DNA of 64,000 nt from Candidatus Magasanikbacteria bacterium GW2011_GWC2_37_14 (GTDB lineage Bacteria > Patescibacteriota > Patescibacteriia > Magasanikbacterales > UBA922): the NCBI GenBank assembly GCA_000990355.1, contig LBSX01000003.1, positions 21,489-85,488 on the forward strand, read 5' to 3'. The notes beneath the pieces were generated by a model. That model was given only the letters and a program-made list of their open reading frames with translations. It did no database searches and was not told where the DNA came from. Below are positions 47,302 through 56,158 of this stretch, one piece after another (position 1 is the first letter of the stretch; each line of letters starts with the position of its first letter). The translations under genes were made by a program, and so were the position numbers.

Positions 47302-48648
47302 ATGTTGGATAAAAATAATTTAAAAGTAAAAAATTGGTTGCAAAATAAAGAAGCTTTAAAAGAAACTGTTGATTTGGCCAATGTTTTTTTTGTTGGCAAA
47401 TGGCAAGAAGAAAGTGTTTTGGACTGGCTTAATAAATTAAATCAGCATTTAGAAGATTATAATCCCCTAAAAATTGCTAGTGATCTGGATACGGCTTTTG
47501 TAAATACAGTTTTAAATCTTTTAGATTATAATTTACTCAGCGAAATTAAAGATGTCTTAACAAAATTAATTGCCAACAAAACCGAGGCTGAGGCGCAAAA
47601 ATTAGATGAGTTAATTAAACAATTTGAACCAGATTTTTCCAATATTGCCGCTGTTTTACTTTGTTCCTTGCCAACCGATACTAGCGTGGCTTTAGAAGAA
47701 ATAGACTCAAAAGATCTCACCCCTGGTTTTTATCGGTTTTTGGGTCAATCAGTATTGGGCCACGAACATCAAGTAAGTTTTGAAGCTTTTAAAATTTTGG
47801 AAAGTAGTGTTTTTAACAATCAAAAAAACACTACCAAAGACAAATTGATTTTTATTGCAGTGATATTTTTGGCATATAACCAATTTAAAAGTTTAAGTTA
47901 TACCCAACAAATAGAATTATTACTCAGTTATTTTTGGTCAGCAATTGAGGTTGGTGTGCCTGTTGCCGAAATTTTTGCAGAGCAACTGCTTACTGAAAAT
48001 TCTTTGGTTGAATATATTAATACGAGTATTTTGTGGGGCAAGACAATTTTGGAAAGTAAAGAAGTAATTTTTATAGATAAAAATAAGCAAAACTTTTTAG
48101 TGGGGGATCTGGTGATTAAATATCTAATAATGGCGGGCAATGACATTTTGCTTGAAGATAAACAAAATAGTTATTTAGAAAAAATTATTAAAGAAAATAA
48201 TTTAAATAGTGATAAAAAAGAAAAATTAATTAGTTTACTTTCTTTTTATTTGCGTTTAAGCACCTGTAGTTTAGTAGACTATAATGGTTTGTTGCACGAG
48301 CAAGGCCTGGTAAAAACACCTTTTGATTGGCAAGAATTAATTAATAATGGTATCTCTGATTTACAAGCAGAAGAAATAAAAAAATACTTTTCACAGTTAC
48401 ACCAATCTTTGAGCATTAAAATTGAAATAGTTAATTCTTTACAAACCATGTCAAACTGGCGCGAGGAGCCTTATTTTGAAAGAATGCTTGCCCTTAGCCA
48501 ATCATATGAAGATGTTTGCGGGTTGTATTTTGGTCCTTTGGTTTATTTTGATGGCGAAAAAGATAAATGGGATTTTTATGTAGAATTACCCAATGGTTTA
48601 AAAGAAAAGTTTGAAGAATCATTTAAAAAATATGGAATTAAAGAATAA
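47302..48648 (+). CDS. hypothetical protein, paralogous to the next ORF
   Basis: Shared segment LLSYFWSAIEVGVPVAEIFAEQLL vs LLKNYFYTAIVAGVPVKIILDRFL. Confidence 0.5.
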   Translation: MLDKNNLKVKNWLQNKEALKETVDLANVFFVGKWQEESVLDWLNKLNQHLEDYNPLKIASDLDTAFVNTVLNLLDYNLLSEIKDVLTKLIANKTEAEAQKLDELIKQFEPDFSNIAAVLLCSLPTDTSVALEEIDSKDLTPGFYRFLGQSVLGHEHQVSFEAFKILESSVFNNQKNTTKDKLIFIAVIFLAYNQFKSLSYTQQIELLLSYFWSAIEVGVPVAEIFAEQLLTENSLVEYINTSILWGKTILESKEVIFIDKNKQNFLVGDLVIKYLIMAGNDILLEDKQNSYLEKIIKENNLNSDKKEKLISLLSFYLRLSTCSLVDYNGLLHEQGLVKTPFDWQELINNGISDLQAEEIKKYFSQLHQSLSIKIEIVNSLQTMSNWREEPYFERMLALSQSYEDVCGLYFGPLVYFDGEKDKWDFYVELPNGLKEKFEESFKKYGIKE

Positions 48649-49585
48649 TTTTTGGTTTAATTATCAGTTACAAAATTACCACGAAGTTGTTGATTCTTTT
48701 GGTTTGTTAGAAAACAAACGTTTGGAAATTATTTCAAAAATTGGCAAGTTGGGTGAAAGGATTTTTTTATATGTTGATTTTATTTCTAAAAAAATATTAC
48801 AACACCAAATTAAACCCGAAGTAAGTTTTGAAACCAATCTTATTAAATATTTGGATTTAGGATTATTAAATAATTTTATTAACGATCCTTTAAACAAAGA
48901 AAATCGCGATTTGTTTTCCGAACAGCTTTTGCTGGTTTATTCGGCTTTGGGCGGGGCTTTGCCTATAAATGCTTATTCGGTAGAAGAAATGTTACAAATC
49001 AAATCAGCCGAATATTTATATTATGATGATAATATTTTTGTGGGTACTTTACGTTATATTTTTAGTGATTTGGATGTATTTTATAAATATTTACCAAGTA
49101 TTAGCGACTATTTGTTTAGAGATGGCCAAAATTCTATTAAACAAAACTTTGATTGGCACACAGCTTTTATTTATTCGGCTTTAATTAATTTTTGCTGGTC
49201 AAGTTTTTGGTTTTTAAAAAGTGAAGAACAAGAAAATTTGCTTAAAAATTATTTTTATACGGCCATTGTTGCCGGAGTGCCGGTAAAAATTATTTTAGAT
49301 CGTTTTTTGGCTGTGGGCACTGCAGAAGAAAAAGTACGTTGTCAACAATTGTTTGCCAATGGTCTTGAAAATAATTTAGAAGAAGTTCCTTTGAATGGAG
49401 ATTTTACCGAGTGGAAAAAATTATTAGCTATTATCCGTGGTTTTTCGGTGCGAATTAAGGGTTCAAATTCTGGTTTTGAACAAGAAGAATTTTTAAAGGA
49501 ATTTTATCAAAATCAACCAGGGAGAGACGTTTATCGCGGTTGGCTACGAGAAGTTTTGAATATAGTGTTTAGTTTGGAAAAGTAG
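48611..49585 (+). CDS. hypothetical protein, paralogue of 47302..48648
   Basis: See previous entry; overlaps it by 38 nt (the start may be the ATG at 48632). Confidence 0.5.
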   Translation: MKNHLKNMELKNNFWFNYQLQNYHEVVDSFGLLENKRLEIISKIGKLGERIFLYVDFISKKILQHQIKPEVSFETNLIKYLDLGLLNNFINDPLNKENRDLFSEQLLLVYSALGGALPINAYSVEEMLQIKSAEYLYYDDNIFVGTLRYIFSDLDVFYKYLPSISDYLFRDGQNSIKQNFDWHTAFIYSALINFCWSSFWFLKSEEQENLLKNYFYTAIVAGVPVKIILDRFLAVGTAEEKVRCQQLFANGLENNLEEVPLNGDFTEWKKLLAIIRGFSVRIKGSNSGFEQEEFLKEFYQNQPGRDVYRGWLREVLNIVFSLEK

Positions 49586-49589
49586 TACA

Positions 49590-50062
49590 ATTATCAGTTT
49601 TCAATTTACAATTTACAATAAATTTTCAATTAAATAATTTTCAATGAATAAAAGTTCTAACAACTATGATTTGGAAGAACGTACAGCAGTATTTAGTGGA
49701 GAGATAATTAAATTTTGTAGAAGTCTAAAAGAAGATAATGTTACTAGACCGTTGATAAATCAGTTAGTGCGTTCTGGAACTAGTATCGGGGCAAATTATT
49801 GTGAAGCTAATAACGCGAGTTCAAAAAAGGATTTTCAAAATAAAATATTTATTTGTAAAAAAGAGGCACAAGAGACCAAATATTGGTTAAGGACACTTTC
49901 TACCTGTTGTCCAGAAGAAGTAGAAAATTTAAGGAAACTTTGGAAGGAAACACAAGAATTATTGATGATATTTCAAAAAATTGTGAATACTTTAAGAAGT
50001 AAATGATAATTGATAAATTGAAAATTTATTGTAAATTGTAAAATGGTTATTGTAAATTAAAC
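49590..50062. repeat. family C palindromic element split by a four-helix-bundle gene (left arm 49590-49646, right arm 50005-50062)
   Basis: The arms match the empty copies C1, C2 and C4; the 4HB ATG sits in the conserved centre aattttcaATG. Confidence 0.6.
49644..50006 (+). CDS. four-helix-bundle protein (23S rRNA-IVS protein family)
   Basis: LVRSGTSIGANYCEANNASSKKDFQNKIFICKKEAQETKYWLRTL. Confidence 0.7.
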   Translation: MNKSSNNYDLEERTAVFSGEIIKFCRSLKEDNVTRPLINQLVRSGTSIGANYCEANNASSKKDFQNKIFICKKEAQETKYWLRTLSTCCPEEVENLRKLWKETQELLMIFQKIVNTLRSK

Positions 50063-50066
50063 AATT

Positions 50067-51281
50067 ATGAGTAATTCTCCCACAATTCTAGTAAAGAAAG
50101 CTGACGGCACCCAGGTTCGCATGACCATGGAGGAGTTTAAGGTATACAAAAGTGGCGTTAATTCAGATAACAAAAAGCAAATAGCCTTCGTCCCGAGCTC
50201 AGGCCGAGGGGCAGATAGCATAAAAAAAATTGAGACAGCGGTTAAGACAGAAATAAAACATGAAGAGAAATTAGAAAATTTAGAAACTGAGAAATTAGTT
50301 GTTAACGACTTGCCAATGGTGTTGAATACCGAAGCTTTAACAACTACTGCACCAGTAAAAGAGGTGTTTGTAAATGAAGCGGAATATAAATCATTAAACC
50401 ATGAAAACATTAAAGCTTTAAAACAAGTTGAGCCTGTAAAAATAAAACAGCCAGTAATAAAGCCAGAAATAGTAAAAATAAAAAATTGGAAAGAGGATGA
50501 TTATAAATCTTTGCTGGATAGCCCAGAAACAGAAAAAGTGGCTCCAGTTGCTAGTGCGCCAGTAAACAAAAATGAACAATTAGCAGAAAAGATTATTTCG
50601 GCTCTGCCTTTTAAAGTTAATAATGACATTTTAGGTCGTTTGCGTTCTTTGGTACTGTCTCGAGTAAAAGAAATTCGTGATGATGACCAAGTAGTAAGTT
50701 ATGCCACTCGTGCCAAAGAAAATGGGGGACTGGGTTTGGCCGAATTAGCTGCTAGTGATTTGGTTGCTTTAATTAATAAATATTTACCAAGCAAATCAAA
50801 ATTAACCAAGACTGTTTTAGACGACGAAGAATCAGAAGCACCGCAAACTGCTACCAAAATGGCACCCGCCAAAGTCTATTTTCCCCAAACAGAAACCAAA
50901 AAGCCAGAAGTTGTGGGCAAACCAATAATGCAAGATGTAACGCCTCCACCGCCGGTAGAAAAGAGAAGTATGGGCCCTGTAGAAGAGTTTAAATTTATCA
51001 CTGTGGTAGATTTTCGTCGTTTGGCTACTAAACCAGAAGAGTGTACCAGAATTTTAAATGAAAAATTAATTGCTTTAAAAGCAGAATCATATTTAATTTA
51101 TAGCCAAGCAGTGGCTGGCTGGTTTGCTAGTCCATTGTATAGTAAATATTGCGAAGTTTTTAAAAGAAGTTTAAACGAAAAACAAAAAATAAGTGATTTA
51201 TTGTTAATTAAAAATAAAGAAGAATTAACTTTGGAAGAATTTAAAGCCCTATTGGAATTTAGTAGGGGGTTGAATGGTTAG
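50067..51281 (+). CDS. Lys-rich hypothetical protein
   Basis: ORF only; contains the 20-mer cccgagctcaggccgagggg (50192-50211), the reverse complement of a motif in prfB. Confidence 0.45.
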   Translation: MSNSPTILVKKADGTQVRMTMEEFKVYKSGVNSDNKKQIAFVPSSGRGADSIKKIETAVKTEIKHEEKLENLETEKLVVNDLPMVLNTEALTTTAPVKEVFVNEAEYKSLNHENIKALKQVEPVKIKQPVIKPEIVKIKNWKEDDYKSLLDSPETEKVAPVASAPVNKNEQLAEKIISALPFKVNNDILGRLRSLVLSRVKEIRDDDQVVSYATRAKENGGLGLAELAASDLVALINKYLPSKSKLTKTVLDDEESEAPQTATKMAPAKVYFPQTETKKPEVVGKPIMQDVTPPPPVEKRSMGPVEEFKFITVVDFRRLATKPEECTRILNEKLIALKAESYLIYSQAVAGWFASPLYSKYCEVFKRSLNEKQKISDLLLIKNKEELTLEEFKALLEFSRGLNG

Positions 51282-51285
51282 TGTC

Positions 51286-51342
51286 TGTCATGCTGAACTA
51301 GTTTCAGCATCCCAGGAGATCCTGAAATAAATTCAGGATGAC
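51286..51342. repeat. repeat family A copy
   Basis: ctgtcatgctgaactagtttcagcatcccaggagatcctgaaataaattcaggatgaca. Confidence 0.65.
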
Positions 51343-51350
51343 AAAACAAT

Positions 51351-51782
51351 ATGCAACAATTTGTAGTACCACAATTTATTGATGTTGAAGATAAAATTTT
51401 TGGGCCGATTACTACCCGTCAATTTTTAATTTTGTTGGCAGCAGGCTTGCTGATTTTTGTATTCTATAAATTAACAGATTTTGCTTTGTTTGTAACTCTT
51501 ACGGCAGTGTTGGGCGGGTTGGCACTGGTATTTGCTTTTGTAAAAATAAATGGCCAGCCTTTTCATTATTTTTTGTTAAATTTATTACAAACTTTGCGCA
51601 AACCCTCTTTAAGGGTCTGGAAGAAAAATTTGTCTGATGAAGAATTAAATTTTTTACGTAAATTAAATACCGAGAAAGCACCTGAAAAAATTGCTAGAAA
51701 AGAAGTAAAATCTGGGCATATCCATGATTTAGCATTACTCGTTAATACTGGTGGTTTTTATAAACCAGAGGATGAATTGTAA
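51351..51782 (+). CDS. PrgI/VirB3-like small membrane protein of type IV secretion systems
   Basis: MQQFVVPQFIDVEDKIFGPITTRQFLILL followed by 2 TM segments; directly upstream of VirB4. Confidence 0.5.
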   Translation: MQQFVVPQFIDVEDKIFGPITTRQFLILLAAGLLIFVFYKLTDFALFVTLTAVLGGLALVFAFVKINGQPFHYFLLNLLQTLRKPSLRVWKKNLSDEELNFLRKLNTEKAPEKIARKEVKSGHIHDLALLVNTGGFYKPEDEL

Positions 51783-51787
51783 TTATC

Positions 51788-51925
51788 TGTCATCCTGAAT
51801 TTATTTCAGGATCTCCTGTTAGCATTAAAAGTGTTGGGGATGCTGAAATGGTACTTGTCCTGAATTTATTTCAGGATTCAGCATGACAATTGCATTCAGG
51901 ATGACAACCAAGTTCAGCATGACAA
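51788..51925. repeat. array of family A half-sites (tgtcatcctgaa-tttat-ttcaggat; atgctgaa; gtcctgaatttatttcaggat; ttcagcatgaca x2; ttcaggatgaca)
   Basis: Six or more copies of the 12-nt half-site TGTCATSCTGAA or its reverse complement within 140 bp, upstream of the VirB4 genes. Confidence 0.65.
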
Positions 51926-51959
51926 ATAGAACGTTTTGTGTTAAAATGACAAGTGTAAT

Positions 51960-52649
51960 ATGGCCAAGAAACAAGAAATGAAAGGAAGAGTAAATAATAA
52001 GCCTTCGACCCAGGCTTATTTGCCTATTGCCGAAATTAGAGACGGGGTAGTTATCTTAAAAGATGGCACTTTGCGTAGTGTGCTAATGGTTTCTAGTATA
52101 AATTTTGCTTTAAAATCCGAAGATGAACAAAATGCTTTGGTATCGGCTTATGTGGGTTTTTTAAATTCATTGGATTTTCCTTTACAAATATTAATGCAGT
52201 CGCGACGTTTGCAAATAAAACCATATTTAGAAAAATTAGCCAAAATAGAACGTGAACAAACCAATGAATTGTTGCAAGTTCAAGTAGCCGATTACAAGGC
52301 TTTTATCGAAGAATTTGTAGAAATTGGGCAAATTATGACCAAGAGATTTTATGTAGTAGTGCCTTATGACCCCTTATCCAACAACAAAAAAAGCTTTTGG
52401 TCTAGATTTAAAGAAGTTTTAAAACCCGCAATTACTTTGCGCCTAAAAGATGAAAGGTTTAAAAAAAGAATAGAAGATTTGGAAATGCGTTTGCGTCAAG
52501 TAAGGAGCGGCTTAGAAAGTATGGGTTTGCAAATTGTACAACTAGACACCCAATCATTAATAGAATTATTTTATTCCACTTACAACCCCGATACTGCTTT
52601 TAGTGAGCAGTTGGGCAAAATAGGTGATATCCAAATAGAAAATATTTAA
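51960..52649 (+). CDS. VirB4/TraE-family N-terminal domain, encoded as a separate ORF
   Basis: YLPIAEIRDGVVILKDGTLRSVLMVSSINFALKSEDEQ, typical of the VirB4 N-terminus; stop TAA at 52647-52649 followed by ATG at 52651. Confidence 0.55.
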   Translation: MAKKQEMKGRVNNKPSTQAYLPIAEIRDGVVILKDGTLRSVLMVSSINFALKSEDEQNALVSAYVGFLNSLDFPLQILMQSRRLQIKPYLEKLAKIEREQTNELLQVQVADYKAFIEEFVEIGQIMTKRFYVVVPYDPLSNNKKSFWSRFKEVLKPAITLRLKDERFKKRIEDLEMRLRQVRSGLESMGLQIVQLDTQSLIELFYSTYNPDTAFSEQLGKIGDIQIENI

Positions 52650-52650
52650 T

Positions 52651-54519
52651 ATGGCCTTTAAGCCAATGCAAAATTTAAAGATTGATAATACTTTGAGTGG
52701 AGAATCAGTAAAAGAAAAAGCAAAAAAACAAATTGCCGAGGAAATTGTAAGTTTGGAAGAAGAAAAAGTTTATCGTCGCGGTACCGTGGCAATTCGGGAT
52801 TTAATTTCTCCTGCTGGTTTGCGCATCGAAAATAATTATATTCAATTGGGTGATGTATTTTTGCGCACTATTTTTGTAATCACTTATCCACGTTATATTG
52901 CCGTAGGTTGGGGCATGCCGATTTTAAATTTAAACATTACCATGGATGTTTCCATGTTTTTTTATCCAGTGCCTTCACCAATTATTTTAAAACAACTAAA
53001 GAAAAAAGTAGGTGCTTTGGAAGCACAAATTACTGGTGATGCCGAAAAAGGCGCTGCTCGCGACCCAATTCACGAAACTGCCCTTCGCGATATTGAACAA
53101 TTGCGTGATGATTTGACCCAAGGAGTGGAACATTTTTTTCAATTTTCTTTTTATGTAACTGTTTATGCCAAAGATTTAGACGAACTTAACCGGACTACCG
53201 AAGATGTAGAAAATATTTTTGGTTCCAAATTAATTTATAGTAAGCACGTGTTGTATCAAGCCGAACAAGGTTTTACTTCTACTTTGCCCCTCGGCATCGA
53301 CGAATTATCGATTGCTTTCAACATGAATTCTTCGCCAATTGCGGCTTCTTTTCCTTTTATTTCTTCGGAATTAACTTCGGATGATGGAATTTTGTATGGC
53401 ATTAATCGTCATAATAATAGTTTGATTATCTTTGATCGTTTTAGTTTACAAAATGCCAATATGGCAGTGTTTGCTACATCGGGTGCTGGCAAATCTTATA
53501 CCGTAAAGCTAGAAGTATTGCGCAGTTTAATGATGGGTGTGGATATTATTATTATTGATCCGGAAATGGAATATCAGCATTTGTGCGAAGCAGTGGGAGG
53601 TACTTATGTAAATATTTCTTTGGCTGCCGAAAGCAAGGTTAATCCTTTTGATTTACCACGACCAGTGGGTCAGCAGATTTCTACCGAAGATGTAATTCGT
53701 AGTGCCATTATTACCTTAAAAGGCTTAATCCGCATAATGTTCGGCAGTCTCAATGTTACTGAAGATTCCATTATGGATCGGGCTTTAAAAGAAACTTATG
53801 CCAAAAAAGATATTACGCCAGATTCTGATTTGGGTAGTATTGAACCGCCAATTATGCAGGATTTGCTAGAAGTTTTAGAAGGCATGCAAGGGGCAGAAAA
53901 TTTGGTGCTACGTTTAAGAAAATTTACCGAGGGTACTTTTTCGGGATTGTTCAATTCGCCCACCAATGTAAATATGAATAATCAGTTGGTGGTATTTTCG
54001 GTGCGTGATTTGGAAGACGAACTTCGCGCTATGGCAATTTACAATCTTATCAACTATGTTTGGAATATAGTTCGCAGTGAGCGCAAAAAAAGAATTTTAA
54101 TAATTGATGAAGCTTGGTGGTTAATGACTCACGAAGATAGTGCCAAATTTATTTATGCTTTGGTAAAACGTTGTCGCAAATATTATTTGGGGGTTACCAC
54201 TATTACCCAAGATGTGAGCGACTTTTTGCGTTCTCCCTATGGTCAGTCTATTGTAACCAATTCGGCTTTACAACTTTTATTGCGTCAAACACCAGCGGCA
54301 ATTGATATTGTACAAAAAACTTTTATGCTTACCGAAGGCGAAAAATATTTATTATTGGAAAGTGCAGTGGGTGAAGGAATATTTTTTGCTGGTTTAAAAC
54401 ATGCCGCGATTAAAGTAATTGCTTCTTATACCGAAGATCAGTTGGTAACTTCGGATCCCAAGCAATTAATGGAAATAGAAAAAGCTAAAAAAGAATACGA
54501 AGAACAAATGCTTAAATAA
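52651..54519 (+). CDS. VirB4/TrsE-family type IV secretion ATPase (C-terminal part, Walker A/B)
   Basis: Walker A ATSGAGKSYTV, Walker B ILIIDEAWWL, ITQDVSDF; the upstream part RGTVAIRDLISPAGLRIENNYIQLGDVFLRTIFVITYPRYI is typical. Confidence 0.75.
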   Translation: MAFKPMQNLKIDNTLSGESVKEKAKKQIAEEIVSLEEEKVYRRGTVAIRDLISPAGLRIENNYIQLGDVFLRTIFVITYPRYIAVGWGMPILNLNITMDVSMFFYPVPSPIILKQLKKKVGALEAQITGDAEKGAARDPIHETALRDIEQLRDDLTQGVEHFFQFSFYVTVYAKDLDELNRTTEDVENIFGSKLIYSKHVLYQAEQGFTSTLPLGIDELSIAFNMNSSPIAASFPFISSELTSDDGILYGINRHNNSLIIFDRFSLQNANMAVFATSGAGKSYTVKLEVLRSLMMGVDIIIIDPEMEYQHLCEAVGGTYVNISLAAESKVNPFDLPRPVGQQISTEDVIRSAIITLKGLIRIMFGSLNVTEDSIMDRALKETYAKKDITPDSDLGSIEPPIMQDLLEVLEGMQGAENLVLRLRKFTEGTFSGLFNSPTNVNMNNQLVVFSVRDLEDELRAMAIYNLINYVWNIVRSERKKRILIIDEAWWLMTHEDSAKFIYALVKRCRKYYLGVTTITQDVSDFLRSPYGQSIVTNSALQLLLRQTPAAIDIVQKTFMLTEGEKYLLLESAVGEGIFFAGLKHAAIKVIASYTEDQLVTSDPKQLMEIEKAKKEYEEQMLK

Positions 54520-54525
54520 CTAACT

Positions 54526-54618
54526 GTCATCCTGACCGAGTGTAGCAACGAGTGGAGGGATCTCTTAAACAATGTACAAGAGATTCCTCGACTTCGCTTC
54601 GCTACGCTCGGAATGACA
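54526..54618. repeat. inverted pair of family B repeats (gtcatcctgaccgag ... ggagggatctc and gagattcctcgacttcgcttcgctacgctcggaatgaca)
   Basis: The two copies face each other across a 15-nt spacer. Confidence 0.6.
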
Positions 54619-54623
54619 AATTT

Positions 54624-55199
54624 ATGTATATGCTTACACTACGTCAAAGAATTTTTGCTTACATTGGTATTTTTGTTGGTTTGGTGGTGGTTTTTTTGTT
54701 GGCTTATTTATTTATCAACAATAGTGGCGGGGTACGTGATTATGTAACAGAAAAAGGCACAAAAATTTTAAATATTAAACCCACAGGAGAGCAAACACCG
54801 GTGGCTACTACTACTCCAAACGTGGTAAAAGCCGACCCGCTTACTCCCGAGATTTATACCAAACAATTGTCACGAATTTTTGTCGAGCGTTTTAGTAGTT
54901 ATTCCAACCAAAATGATAATCTTCATATTAGCGAAGTAATTCCACTTTGTACCGAAACAATGGTTGCTTGGCTAAAGACACAAAATTTAACTAGTAGTTT
55001 GGATTATGCGGGGGTAACTACCAGAGTAATTGCCAGTAATGTTAGTAAAATTACTGCTACCTCGGCTACCGTGGAAATTCAAGTACAACAAGAAATAGAA
55101 AATAAAGCGGGAAAACAAGTGGTACAAAAAGATGGGCGTGTGGAACTTTTAAAAGTAGGCAATGATTGGAAAATAGATGGGTTGTATTGGCAAAAATAG
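54624..55199 (+). CDS. membrane-anchored hypothetical protein (start chosen downstream of the repeat)
   Basis: N-terminal TM IFAYIGIFVGLVVVFLLAYLFI; last gene of the T4SS-like cluster. Confidence 0.45.
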   Translation: MYMLTLRQRIFAYIGIFVGLVVVFLLAYLFINNSGGVRDYVTEKGTKILNIKPTGEQTPVATTTPNVVKADPLTPEIYTKQLSRIFVERFSSYSNQNDNLHISEVIPLCTETMVAWLKTQNLTSSLDYAGVTTRVIASNVSKITATSATVEIQVQQEIENKAGKQVVQKDGRVELLKVGNDWKIDGLYWQK

Positions 55200-55200
55200 T

Positions 55201-55312
55201 TTAATTTTCAGTAATCAATTTTCAATTTACAAAAAATTTTCAATTAAATAATTTTCAATGTTATTGATAATTGAACATTGTAAATTTATTGAAAATTGTG
55301 AATTGTAAATTG
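55201..55312. repeat. repeat family C copy
   Basis: tttaattttcagtaatcaattttcaatttacaaaaaatt ... aattgtgaattgtaaattgg. Confidence 0.65.
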
Positions 55313-55319
55313 GCAATTT

Positions 55320-55967
55320 ATGCTACATGGATTAATTAGTTTAATTAAAGATTATATTTTTCCCGTATATTGTCTAGGTTGCCAAACAGAAGGTGAGTGG
55401 GTTTGTAAAAATTGTTATAACAACATAAACGCGCAGAGCGTTTTTTGTTTTACAAATTTAGAGGATAATTTTGTTAATTTATTAATTTCGCCTTATCTTT
55501 ATCAAGAAAATGAACTGATCGGCAAAATTATTCAATATTTTAAATATCATTATGCAGAAGAATTAGAGCAGGTAATCTTTAATTTAATAAATAAATTTTT
55601 ATTAGAAAATAAAAATTTATTTGCAGAGATTGATTGTGTTATACCTGTGCCATTACATGCTCGGCGTTTGGCAGAGCGGGGATTTAACCAAGCCGAAGTT
55701 ATTGCTAAAATTTTAGGTGCTATTTTGAATAAGCCAGTTTTAAATAATTTGGGGCGTGTTCGATATACCAAGCAACAAGCCAAACTAAACAAATTGGCTA
55801 GGCAAGAAAATGTGGCTAGTGCTTTTGTGGTTAATGGTAAAATAAGCAATAATATTTTAATTGTTGATGATGTGTTTACTACAGGTGCGACTACAAAAGA
55901 ATGTGCCAAAGTGCTAAAACAAGCCGGAGCTAAAAAAATTATTGCCTTTACTTTGGCACGAGGTTAA
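55320..55967 (+). CDS. comFC: ComFC-family phosphoribosyltransferase-domain protein
   Basis: N-terminal C-x2-C...C-x2-C zinc motif; PRTase motif ILIVDDVFTTGAT. Confidence 0.75.
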   Translation: MLHGLISLIKDYIFPVYCLGCQTEGEWVCKNCYNNINAQSVFCFTNLEDNFVNLLISPYLYQENELIGKIIQYFKYHYAEELEQVIFNLINKFLLENKNLFAEIDCVIPVPLHARRLAERGFNQAEVIAKILGAILNKPVLNNLGRVRYTKQQAKLNKLARQENVASAFVVNGKISNNILIVDDVFTTGATTKECAKVLKQAGAKKIIAFTLARG

Positions 55968-55975
55968 AATTATTA

Positions 55976-56004
55976 TTGACAGAGAATTAATTTTGAGGTA
56001 AGAT
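55976..56004 (+). promoter_or_regulatory. candidate promoter TTGACA-17-TAAGAT upstream of the tRNA pair
   Basis: ttgaca gagaattaattttgagg taagat, about 15 nt before tRNA 1. Confidence 0.35.
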
Positions 56005-56018
56005 AAATTGCAACTTAT

Positions 56019-56105
56019 GGAGAGATGGCTGAGTGGTCGATAGCAGCAGTTTACTAAACTGCAGTCCCCGTAAGGGGACCTAGGGTTCGAATCCCTATCT
56101 CTCCG
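56019..56105 (+). tRNA. type-II tRNA, Ser-like (G73, long variable arm) with anticodon loop TTACTAA, i.e. anticodon ACU by canonical numbering; no encoded CCA
   Basis: Hand-folded: acceptor GGAGAGA / TCTCTCC, D-stem GCT / AGC with an 11-nt loop, anticodon stem GCAGT / ACTGC, 18-nt variable hairpin GTCCCCGTAAGGGGAC, T-arm TAGGG-TTCGAAT-CCCTA. Confidence 0.7.
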
Positions 56106-56158
56106 CCTTCGCGCGCCGAAGCGCGCTTCGGCGGACAAAGTCCGCTAAATTAGACTTT

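Noticed and set aside
27388-55312. CRISPR array interpretation of the recurring palindromic repeats (families A, B, C)
   Set aside because: Copies are dispersed over tens of kilobases and are not regularly spaced with unique spacers. Each is itself an inverted repeat of 60-120 bp, and there are no cas genes.
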